Notes under the pieces: model-generated
Databases searched by the model: none
What the model was told of the DNA's origin: nothing
Seen by the model: only the letters and a program-made list of their open reading frames with translations
Virus record (IMG/VR): IMGVR_UViG_3300025450_000023
Source: an uncultured virus (IMG/VR IMGVR_UViG_3300025450_000023)
Lineage: Duplodnaviria; Heunggongvirae; Uroviricota; Caudoviricetes
Length of the DNA: 20,000 bases
Strand: one strand, 5' to 3'
Part shown: piece after piece, positions 8,030-16,622 of the stretch
How positions within the stretch are numbered: position 1 is the stretch's first letter
Layout of the letters: every line of letters begins with the position of its first letter
Position numbers and translations under genes: made by a program

Positions 8030-11000
8030 TTATTTGAATGTCGCGACTGAAGCTAATGCAAGGTAAGTCGAGCTACCTGTCTTCGTTAACGATACTGTGT
8101 ATACGTCAACCGAATTTGCATTACCTGAACTTGGAGCTGTACCACCCTGCCACTTTGGCGTTACTGCACTACCGTCAACTTGTAGAGCTGTCTGATAGTA
8201 AGGTGTATTGCCGTTAGTTGTAAGTAGCGCAATTGTAATTGTCTGACCTGTCGACATTATACTGTTTAGTGTAGTACCGCTGTTACCACGAATATTTAAC
8301 GTCCAATTATTAGCATTACTATTTGTGTAGTATTGTATACCTTGTGTTAATACATCGAAGTTAGTTGTACTTGATGGAGCCGAAGCTGTGTTTGTTGTAC
8401 CTTCAAGTACTGAGTTTTCAGTTACATAACCTGTTGCTGTAATATTAGCAAACGTTACATTACTTGTAGTATTTAAGGTTTGGTTAGCGCCCGGGCCTGA
8501 ATAACCGGACCAGCCAGATGTACCAGAGTAGCCTGAAGTACCGCTAAAGCCACTATAGCCTGATGTACCAGAATAACCTGATATACCAGAGTAGCCTGAA
8601 GTACCGCTAAAGCCTGAGATACCACTGTAACCACTGAAGCCGCTTATACCGCTGTAACCAGACGTACCAGAGTAGCCTGAGGTACCGCTAAAGCCTGAGA
8701 AGCCAGATGTACCAGAGTAGCCTGAAGTACCGCTAAAGCCACTATAGCCTGATGTACCAGAATAACCTGATATACCAGAGTAGCCTGAAGTACCGCTAAA
8801 GCCTGAGATACCACTGTAACCACTGAAGCCGCTTATACCGCTGTAACCAGACGTACCAGAGTAGCCTGAAGTACCGCTAAAGCCACTATAGCCTGATGTA
8901 CCAGAATAACCTGATATACCGCTATAACCGCTAAAACCGGAAGTACCGCTAAAGCCTGAGTAACCAGATGTACCGCTGAAGCCACTAAAGCCTGATGTAC
9001 CAGAATAACCTGAAGTACCGCTAAAGCCTGAGAAGCCAGAAGTACCAGAGTAGCCCGAAATACCAGAGTATCCCGAGAAGCCTGAATAACCAGATGTACC
9101 AGAATAACCCGAAGTGCCAATGCCAGAATAACCTGAGTAACCAGAAGCACCTGTAGCACCTTGACCGATTGGTGAACGTAATACTGAATAGTTAGTAGTA
9201 CCGTTATATATGAATGTAGCAGATACTGACGACGAACTTGTTGAGTATGCGTAAACCTGTGTTAAGATTCTGTCTGCTGCATTTAGTGTTGTAATACTAT
9301 TTGTAGCATAAGATACTTTTTGATATGTTGTAGTTGTATCTGTTACCGCACCAGAATCTGCACTTAATATTAATGTACCTGTACTGCTTGTTGCATTGAC
9401 CCAAGTATATACTTGGAATACAAAGTTTGCTGAATTTGAATTTACTTTACGGAAAAATTCAATATCCCACAGACCTGCAGGTATTTCTGTTAGCCCAGGT
9501 TCACCAGCTGGTGTTAAATAACCATCAATTAATACTGGGCTTGCAAGTGAGCTATTACCGGTAGATACTACAACAACGTCATCGTTTACTGAACCACCGC
9601 CTGGTTGTAATGTCAAACTTTCATAAGATGTTTGATCACTATCTGTTTCATTGAAGAAGTATGTTCTACCGTATACCGATGCGCCTGTTTGACCAGACCA
9701 ACCAGATGTACCAGAGTAGCCACTGATACCGCTAAAGCCACTAATACCAGAGAAGCCGCTAAAGCCTGAAGTACCGCTAAAGCCGCTAAAGCCTGATGTA
9801 CCAGAATAACCTGATGTACCAGAGAAGCCTGAGAAGCCAGATGTACCACTATAACCGCTTATACCGGAATAACCGCTAAAGCCTGAGATACCGCTAAAGC
9901 CTGAGATACCGCTATAACCGCTTATACCGCTAAAGCCTGATGTACCAGAATAACCTGATGTACCAGAGAAGCCTGAGAAGCCAGATGTACCAGAGTAACC
10001 TGATGTACCACTATAACCGCTAAAGCCGCTTATACCGCTAAAGCCTGAAGTACCAGAATAGCCTGAAATACCGCTAAAGCCTGATGTACCAGAATAACCT
10101 GATGTACCAGAGAAGCCTGAGAAGCCAGATGTACCAGAGTAACCTGATGTACCACTATAACCGCTAAAGCCTGAAGTACCAGAGTAGCCTGAAATACCAG
10201 ACCAACCTGAGAAGCCGGAAGTACCGTCATTACCAGCAAATCCTTGTACGCCAGGATCACCTTGAGGACCACTATAGCCACTGTAACCTGACCAACCGCT
10301 AATACCGCTATAGCCTGAGATACCACTATAACCGGACCAACCAGATATACCACTATAGCCACTTATACCAGAATACCCACTTATACCAGAATAACCTGAA
10401 ATACCGCTATAACCTGATATACCTATATATCCGCTATAACCTGAGATACCACTGTAACCGGAAATACCTGAATAACCACTGTACCCGCTTATACCACTAT
10501 AACCAGAATAACCTGACGAAGCAGAAGCACCGTTAGCGCCAGAGTAACCAGAATAGCCTGAGTAGCCTTGCAAGTTTGCGCCACTCATTGAAATTGTACC
10601 TGTAACTTCGAAGTTACCGTCAAAGTGAATTGTGTTGCCTACTTGTGTTACTAAGCTATTACCAAGTGTTTGATTACTTGTCCATAATGCAAGGTAACCG
10701 CTTGTACCGTTGTTTGTAGAACCGATTTGAGTTGCTGGATATTCAACTACAACACCTGTTGAATCGCTTGTAGCGATTAACATTGGCTTAATGAACGAGC
10801 CACTTAATGAAGGAGCTGTATCTGTTAATGCACCAGCTGTTTGATCAGATAGGTAATAACCGTAACCATCTGTTAAACCAGAGAGGTTTGAAATTTGACC
10901 GTTGTATACGATTGTAAACTGACTTCCTGTTGCGTCTTGTACGATACCAATTGCATCAACAGTAGAAATACTGTCTGCTTTTGCACGTAGGTACGAACCA

Positions 11001-13294
11001 CTCTGATCTCTGTAAATTACAGTACCAGGTGTAAAGTCGTTTGAATATGGAATTGTTAATTGTAATGTTGCGTCAGCACCACTGATACCAGACCAACCAG
11101 AGTAGCCTGAGTAACCAGAAATACCTGACCAACCGCTAATACCGGACCAGCCGCTATAGCCACTGATACCAGAGTAACCTGAAATACCAGACCAGCCAGA
11201 GTAACCGGAAATACCAGATATACCTGACCAACCGCTAATACCGCTAAAGCCGGACCAGCCACTTATGCCAGACCAACCGGATATACCAGACCAGCCTGAC
11301 CAACCTGAAATACCGGAGTAGCCAGAAGTACCGCTGAAGCCGCTAATGCCAGACCAGCCACTATAACCGCTAATACCTGACCAACCAGACCAGCCTGAAA
11401 TACCAGACCAGCCACTAAAGCCAGAAATGCCTGACCAACCTGAGGTACCGCTAAAGCCTGAAATACCAGACCAGCCAGAAATACCTGACCAACCTGAAAT
11501 ACCAGAGTAGCCTGATGTACCAGAGAAGCCTGAAATACCAGACCAGCCGCTATAACCGCTAATACCAGACCAACCGGAGTAGCCAGAAATACCTGACCAA
11601 CCGCTTATGCCAGACCAACCTGAGGTACCAGAGAAGCCTGAAATACCGCTCCAACCTGAAATACCGCTAAAGCCTGACCAACCAGAAATACCGCTATAGC
11701 CAGATGTACCGCTAAAGCCCGATATACCGGAGTAGCCTGAGAAGCCACTAATACCGCTCCAGCCCGAAGTGCCAGAGAAACCGCTAATACCAGACCAGCC
11801 AGAGATACCTGACCAACCTGAAATACCGGACCAGCCGCTATAACCAGACGTACCAGAGTAACCGCTGTAACCACTAATACCAGAGAAGCCGCTAAAGCCT
11901 GATGTACCAGAATAGCCTGAAATACCGCTAAAGCCACTAATACCAGACCAGCCAGAAATACCGCTAAAGCCAGACCAGCCGCTAATACCTGACCAACCTG
12001 AAATACCGGACCAACCGGATATACCAGACCAACCAGAGAAGCCTGAGTCACCTTTTACTTGGCCAACGTTTGCCCATACACCATTACCGTATACCCATAA
12101 ATCGCCAGATGCTTCATCAATAACACCATTACCATTAACTGCGCTTGGGTAAGCTGTATTTAATGTTGTTTGAGGATCGACTCCGACTGTAGGAACTGTA
12201 CCAATAATAGTTACTGACGTACCATTTGTACCAGAGTAACCAGAGAAGCCTGAAATACCAGACCAACCTGAAATACCTGACCAACCGGAGTAACCGCTAA
12301 TACCGCTAAAGCCACTAATACCAGACCAGCCAGAAATACCTGACCAACCGCTTACGCCGCTATAACCAGAGAAGCCAGAAATGCCTGACCAACCAGAGAA
12401 GCCTGAAATACCGCTAAAGCCTGAGAAGCCAGACGTACCACTGAAGCCTGAAATACCAGACCAGCCTGAGATACCACTCCAGCCACTAATACCAGACCAA
12501 CCTGAAATACCGCTTACGCCAGACCAACCAGAGTAGCCTGAATAACCAGACCAACCAGAAATGCCTGACCAACCAGAGAAGCCTGAGGTACCAGAATAAC
12601 CTGAAGTACCGCTAAAGCCTGAAATACCACTAAAGCCGCTAAAGCCTGATATACCAGACCAACCGGAAATACCAGAAATACCAGACCAACCGGAAATACC
12701 GGACCAGCCTGACGTACCGCTGAAGCCAGAAATGCCTGACCAACCAGAGATACCACTAAAGCCTGAGAAGCCAGACGTACCAGAATAACCCGAAATACCG
12801 CTCCAGCCTGATGTACCAGAATAACCGCTTATACCAGACCAGCCAGAAATACCTGACCAACCGCTTATGCCAGACCAACCAGAGATACCACTCCAGCCTG
12901 ATGTACCGCTAAAGCCCGAAATACCGGACCAGCCTGAAATACCACTAAAGCCTGAGAAGCCAGATGTGCCTGAATAACCCGATTGTCCAGACCAACCTGA
13001 GAAGCCGCTGAAGCCAGAAATACCTGACCAACCAGACCAGCCTGAAATACCTGACCAACCAGAAATACCGCTCCAGCCTGAAAAGCCTGATGTACCGCTG
13101 TAACCAGATGTACCGCTAAAGCCAGATATACCGCTCCAGCCACTATAGCCAGAGATACCAGACCAGCCTGAGATACCAGATACACCAGACCAGCCACTAT
13201 AACCGGACACACCGGAACCAGAGTAACCAGAGAAACCTGATACACCGATTGGATTATAAACTGCAGAAAAAGCGCCTCGATTGGGTAATGACAT
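8030..13294 (-). CDS. Giant Gly-X-Ser repeat (collagen-like) fibre protein, 1754 aa
   Basis: Four long G-X-S blocks separated by three globular inserts. The C-terminal beta-rich domain (KWQGGTAPSSGNANSVDVYT) is of a type seen at phage fibre tips. A perfect TATAAATA lies upstream. Confidence 0.85.
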   Translation of the reverse strand: MSLPNRGAFSAVYNPIGVSGFSGYSGSGVSGYSGWSGVSGISGWSGISGYSGWSGISGFSGTSGYSGTSGFSGWSGISGWSGISGWSGWSGISGFSGFSGWSGQSGYSGTSGFSGFSGISGWSGISGFSGTSGWSGISGWSGISGWSGISGWSGISGYSGTSGWSGISGYSGTSGFSGFSGISGWSGISGFSGTSGWSGISGWSGISGISGWSGISGFSGFSGISGFSGTSGYSGTSGFSGWSGISGWSGYSGYSGWSGVSGISGWSGISGWSGISGWSGISGFSGTSGFSGFSGISGFSGWSGISGFSGYSGVSGWSGISGWSGISGFSGISGYSGWSGISGWSGISGFSGYSGTNGTSVTIIGTVPTVGVDPQTTLNTAYPSAVNGNGVIDEASGDLWVYGNGVWANVGQVKGDSGFSGWSGISGWSGISGWSGISGWSGFSGISGWSGISGFSGISGYSGTSGFSGFSGISGYSGYSGTSGYSGWSGISGWSGISGWSGISGFSGTSGWSGISGFSGYSGISGFSGTSGYSGISGWSGFSGISGWSGISGFSGTSGWSGISGWSGISGYSGWSGISGYSGWSGISGFSGTSGYSGISGWSGISGWSGISGFSGTSGWSGISGFSGWSGISGWSGWSGISGYSGWSGISGFSGTSGYSGISGWSGWSGISGWSGISGWSGFSGISGWSGISGISGYSGWSGISGYSGISGYSGWSGISGWSGISGYSGYSGWSGISGADATLQLTIPYSNDFTPGTVIYRDQSGSYLRAKADSISTVDAIGIVQDATGSQFTIVYNGQISNLSGLTDGYGYYLSDQTAGALTDTAPSLSGSFIKPMLIATSDSTGVVVEYPATQIGSTNNGTSGYLALWTSNQTLGNSLVTQVGNTIHFDGNFEVTGTISMSGANLQGYSGYSGYSGANGASASSGYSGYSGISGYSGYSGISGYSGISGYSGYIGISGYSGISGYSGISGYSGISGYSGISGWSGYSGISGYSGISGWSGYSGYSGPQGDPGVQGFAGNDGTSGFSGWSGISGYSGTSGFSGYSGTSGYSGTSGFSGFSGTSGYSGTSGFSGISGYSGTSGFSGISGFSGYSGTSGYSGTSGFSGFSGTSGYSGTSGFSGISGYSGISGFSGISGFSGYSGISGYSGTSGFSGFSGTSGYSGTSGFSGFSGTSGFSGFSGISGFSGISGYSGTSGWSGQTGASVYGRTYFFNETDSDQTSYESLTLQPGGGSVNDDVVVVSTGNSSLASPVLIDGYLTPAGEPGLTEIPAGLWDIEFFRKVNSNSANFVFQVYTWVNATSSTGTLILSADSGAVTDTTTTYQKVSYATNSITTLNAADRILTQVYAYSTSSSSVSATFIYNGTTNYSVLRSPIGQGATGASGYSGYSGIGTSGYSGTSGYSGFSGYSGISGYSGTSGFSGFSGTSGYSGTSGFSGFSGTSGYSGFSGTSGFSGYSGISGYSGTSGYSGFSGTSGYSGTSGYSGISGFSGYSGISGFSGTSGYSGISGYSGTSGYSGFSGTSGYSGTSGFSGFSGTSGYSGTSGYSGISGFSGYSGISGFSGTSGYSGISGYSGTSGYSGFSGTSGYSGTSGWSGYSGPGANQTLNTTSNVTFANITATGYVTENSVLEGTTNTASAPSSTTNFDVLTQGIQYYTNSNANNWTLNIRGNSGTTLNSIMSTGQTITIALLTTNGNTPYYQTALQVDGSAVTPKWQGGTAPSSGNANSVDVYTVSLTKTGSSTYLALASVATFK
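8495..9166 (-). repeat. G-X-S 9-nt coding repeat, block 4 (~75 triplets; X mostly Y/T/F/I)
   Basis: Translation SGYSGTSGFSGISG...; includes a 189-nt-period tandem duplication. Confidence 0.95.
9683..10567 (-). repeat. G-X-S 9-nt coding repeat, block 3 (~98 triplets)
   Basis: Translation; includes 144-nt-period repeats and an in-register GPQGDPGVQGFAGNDG segment. Confidence 0.95.
11078..12052 (-). repeat. G-X-S 9-nt coding repeat, block 2 (~108 triplets; W/I-rich)
   Basis: Translation SGWSGISGWSGISGF... Confidence 0.95.
12218..13246 (-). repeat. G-X-S 9-nt coding repeat, block 1 (~114 triplets; W/I-rich)
   Basis: Translation SGWSGISGWSGISGY... Confidence 0.95.
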
Positions 13295-13317
13295 AAATTT
13301 ATTGGGTTATTACAAAT

Positions 13318-13325
13318 TATTTATA
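13318..13325 (-). promoter_or_regulatory. T4-type late promoter TATAAATA for the 1754-aa fibre gene
   Basis: Exact match to the T4 gp55 late-promoter consensus, intergenic, 23 nt before the ATG. Confidence 0.8.
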
Positions 13326-13407
13326 TCTTTTAAGTGGGCTTTTTAATAATTTATTATAAAAAGCCTTAATTTAGTTTTAAACTAAATATATCCCGAACAG
13401 CTTAAGA

Positions 13408-15528
13408 TTAGAAGTACATTTGATACCAAGTCGGTACACCACCCATTACCCCTGCATATACCCAAGTGATAGGTTGAGCTCCAAATTGTCCACCGAGCGG
13501 AACATAAGCTGCAATATAAGAAGCACCTTGACCAAATGGATATACTTGACCACCACCTTGGAATTGTAGTACAGCTACTTGTCCTGAGGCTGGTTTAAAT
13601 ATTAAGTAAGCTACTCCAGCCGGGGTTGAAGCTGTACCAGCTCCTGGATCCCACGTACCAGCACTGGTAGCTGTAAAAGTAAATCCTGAATAATTTTGTG
13701 ATGCACCTACAGAAGACCAATTAGTATCGCCAGGTGTTACAATTGTATATACAGTACCCGGAACAAAATAACCGGCACTAACTATATTAGTTATTGTGAC
13801 ACAAGGAGCACTAATAACATCCCCCACGTTTGGGCTTGAAGGAAATTCAACTACTATACCATACGTACTATTAGTGTGTATTGGTCCATCATTTACAATA
13901 AGTGTTTTAGTACCACTACTAAACTGTTTACCGTATACAGTTTGAGAACTTAACGTTAAAGGCGAATTGCTATATAACCCTTCAACATTCCCAGTTAATG
14001 TATATGCAGTCCAATAATTATCAGCTTTTGTGCTTACAACTATAACATCAGAATAGTTAATAGATCCACTTCCTGTACCTGCTGCACCAGAATAACCTGA
14101 TATACCGCTTGCACCTGCAGTACCAGAGTAACCTGATATACCGCTATAACCAGAAGCACCATTGGTACCGTTAGTACCAGAATAACCTGAGTAACCAGAC
14201 TTACCTGAAAAACCTAAACCACTAAAACCGGATATACCAGACCAACCAGAATAGCCTGAAGTACCTGTAACTGATTTATTCCAAACAGCTGTATTAGTTA
14301 AAACTATACCTGGGTTGGTTGATGAAGCTAAAGCTACATATAAATTTTGACCGTTAGTAACAATGTCGTTAATACTATATGTTTGAGTGTTGTCATATTG
14401 ACCACGATAGTTGAAGCCTAAACTATCTATACCACTATAACCGGAGTAACCAGATATACCAGAGTAACCGGAAGTACCATTTACACCTATTATACCGTTT
14501 ATACCGGAATAACCACTAAAGCCTGAAAAACCAGAAATACCTGAATAACCGCTATAACCTGAAACACCGGAACCAGAATAACCTGACCAACCACTATAAC
14601 CACTCTTACCGGACATACCACTTATACCATTAGTACCATTTGTACCACTATAACCACTATAACCCGATACACCACTAACACCATCGAAAACCGGTACACC
14701 ACTTAAAAGGTATGTGCCAAGAATATTAAAATCACCATTAATAGTTGTGGTGGCGTCTATTATAACATCTGGACCGCTATCAAATATACTACTATTACCT
14801 AAAGAATGGGCACCAGTCCAACGTGCTAAATAACCACTGGTACCATTGTTTGTACTACCAATTATTACTCCAGGAAATTCAACAACCACACCAGTTGTTG
14901 TACCTGTACCAATTAATACCGGTTTAATGACACTACCACTTGCAGTAGGAGCATCTGTTGTTATTTGACCGGGTACTGTGTCTGAAAGGTAATAACATGT
15001 AGCATCTTCAATACCAGTTAGTCCTGAAATATAACCATTAATAACATATGTGAATTCGCTACTATTTGCAGATTGTACTACCCCTATAACTTCAGAAGTA
15101 TTAATATCGTTTGCTAAAGCTAAATCGTAACCACCTGTTGTTTTATAAATTGCTTGACCTGCACTAAACGAATTTGTATATGTTACAGATTGGTTGTTAG
15201 CGTTAAAGCCTGAATAACCAGATATACCAGACCAGCCACTAACACCCGAATAACCAGAGTAACCAGATGTACCACCACCACCTGTTGAAAATATGTGTAA
15301 GTCAGTATCTGTCGTACCTGTATCGTACCAGTATATATAAGGCACACCTGCAATAATAAGACGAACCTGTAATGATTGAAATCTTATTGCTTGAGGTATT
15401 GCTGCATTAGCTGCTGCTTTTGCTGCGGTTTCGTTTGGTCCATAATAAGGACCTGACCACGTATCAACCGGTACCGGGTTGACTGGTTGTATACCAAATG
15501 GAATTTCTAAGCCTGGAGTTAATGCCAT
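13408..15528 (-). CDS. Multi-domain G-X-S repeat fibre/decoration protein, 706 aa
   Basis: Several shorter G-X-S blocks, a ~130-aa domain paralogous to one in the 1754-aa protein, and a small YRGQYD...YSINDIV...YVA...W module. Confidence 0.8.
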   Translation of the reverse strand: MALTPGLEIPFGIQPVNPVPVDTWSGPYYGPNETAAKAAANAAIPQAIRFQSLQVRLIIAGVPYIYWYDTGTTDTDLHIFSTGGGGTSGYSGYSGVSGWSGISGYSGFNANNQSVTYTNSFSAGQAIYKTTGGYDLALANDINTSEVIGVVQSANSSEFTYVINGYISGLTGIEDATCYYLSDTVPGQITTDAPTASGSVIKPVLIGTGTTTGVVVEFPGVIIGSTNNGTSGYLARWTGAHSLGNSSIFDSGPDVIIDATTTINGDFNILGTYLLSGVPVFDGVSGVSGYSGYSGTNGTNGISGMSGKSGYSGWSGYSGSGVSGYSGYSGISGFSGFSGYSGINGIIGVNGTSGYSGISGYSGYSGIDSLGFNYRGQYDNTQTYSINDIVTNGQNLYVALASSTNPGIVLTNTAVWNKSVTGTSGYSGWSGISGFSGLGFSGKSGYSGYSGTNGTNGASGYSGISGYSGTAGASGISGYSGAAGTGSGSINYSDVIVVSTKADNYWTAYTLTGNVEGLYSNSPLTLSSQTVYGKQFSSGTKTLIVNDGPIHTNSTYGIVVEFPSSPNVGDVISAPCVTITNIVSAGYFVPGTVYTIVTPGDTNWSSVGASQNYSGFTFTATSAGTWDPGAGTASTPAGVAYLIFKPASGQVAVLQFQGGGQVYPFGQGASYIAAYVPLGGQFGAQPITWVYAGVMGGVPTWYQMYF

Positions 15529-15529
15529 G

Positions 15530-16591
15530 TTACGAGAATGTTACTAATAGTTTATGCGAAGGACTATATGGTATAGCGTTCGTCATAGTATATAGGTTAT
15601 AGGTAGTAGGAGTTCCACCCACTGTTATGCTTACCGTGCTTTGAGTGCTGAAGTGATCTGTCAAATCAACAAAGAATGCATTTGCATCTATAATAGTTAC
15701 TAAATTGTTTGCAGCAGGTAAAGCTACTGTAAAGTTGTTATAAGTCGTTCCTGTCCAGAAATTGAATGGATTTGCGCCATTTGTGTACGTAGAACTTAAG
15801 GCTTGTACATCGCTTGAAGTAGTTGGTACAGCTGCAGAAGGACCAAAGTATATTACACCAGCCATACCAGTAGGTGTTGGAGTTGGAGTAGCTGTTGGTG
15901 TCGGTGTTGGGGTAGCTGTTGGAGCAGGAGTATGAGTTACTGTAGGTGTTGGTGTTACAGTAGGTGTTGGTGTAACTGTTGGTGTAGGAGTAGCTGTAGC
16001 TGTTGGAACAGGTGTACTTGTAGGTACAGGGGTTGGAGTTACTGTAGGCGTACTTGTAGGGGCCGGAGTCGGTGTATAAGTGACGACCGGTGTAGGTGTC
16101 GGGGTAGGTACCACACCACTAATAGCTAAATTAATAACTTGCTGTACAGTTAAACCTGAGGCAGGTATAACGTCTCCGTTTTTATATTGACCAAATGTAT
16201 AACCTGGAGCTAAAGATACTGTCAAGTTTGACGGGAAAACATAATCCGAACCAGCTGCACCGGAGAAACCCGAGTAACCAGAAATACCTTGAATGCCTGG
16301 TATACCCTGTATACCTTGCGTACCACTATAACCAGAATAACCTGACGTACCACCAGGTGCGCCAGACGCACCGGAGTAACCACTGTAACCACTAAAGCCA
16401 GAAATACCTGAACCACCACCGCCACCACCACTTGCACCGCTCCACCCAAATAATGCTGATAACGAAACAGCATATGACGTGTATGTACCGTCTCCGTTTG
16501 GTTGTTCAAGATAAATTAGGTCCTGTCCAGATAAACTTGGTACCGTTGGTAGTTCGTGAGGAAATATTAAATTTGGATAATCTACGGACAT
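15530..16591 (-). CDS. G-X-S/collagen and Pro-Thr repeat structural protein, 353 aa
   Basis: Short SGY/GIQ collagen-like tract, a ~80-aa (PT)n stalk and a C-terminal beta-rich domain. Its stop is 1 nt from the next ATG, suggesting translational coupling. Confidence 0.8.
   Translation of the reverse strand: MSVDYPNLIFPHELPTVPSLSGQDLIYLEQPNGDGTYTSYAVSLSALFGWSGASGGGGGGSGISGFSGYSGYSGASGAPGGTSGYSGYSGTQGIQGIPGIQGISGYSGFSGAAGSDYVFPSNLTVSLAPGYTFGQYKNGDVIPASGLTVQQVINLAISGVVPTPTPTPVVTYTPTPAPTSTPTVTPTPVPTSTPVPTATATPTPTVTPTPTVTPTPTVTHTPAPTATPTPTPTATPTPTPTGMAGVIYFGPSAAVPTTSSDVQALSSTYTNGANPFNFWTGTTYNNFTVALPAANNLVTIIDANAFFVDLTDHFSTQSTVSITVGGTPTTYNLYTMTNAIPYSPSHKLLVTFS
15869..16108 (-). repeat. Pro-Thr low-complexity coding repeat
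   Basis: [27 protein letters not shown]...[10 protein letters not shown]. Confidence 0.9.
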
Positions 16592-16604
16592 GGAAGGAGG
16601 TAAA

Positions 16605-16610
16605 TACTTA
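16605..16610 (-). promoter_or_regulatory. Late-promoter-like TAAGTA, 353-aa/706-aa fibre operon
   Basis: ATAAGTA 13 nt before ATG 16591. Confidence 0.6.
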
Positions 16611-16622
16611 TTGATACATCTG

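Noticed and set aside
8833..13245. Hydrophobic alternate-frame ORFs inside the 1754-aa gene (LVFQA/LAVLV-type)
   Set aside because: Frame-shifted shadows of the 9-nt repeat; no promoters or independent features.
8495..13246. CRISPR array or DGR template/variable repeat
   Set aside because: Repeats are contiguous in-frame codon triplets without unique spacers. Duplicated copies do not show multiple adenine-specific differences, and no cas or reverse transcriptase gene is in the window.
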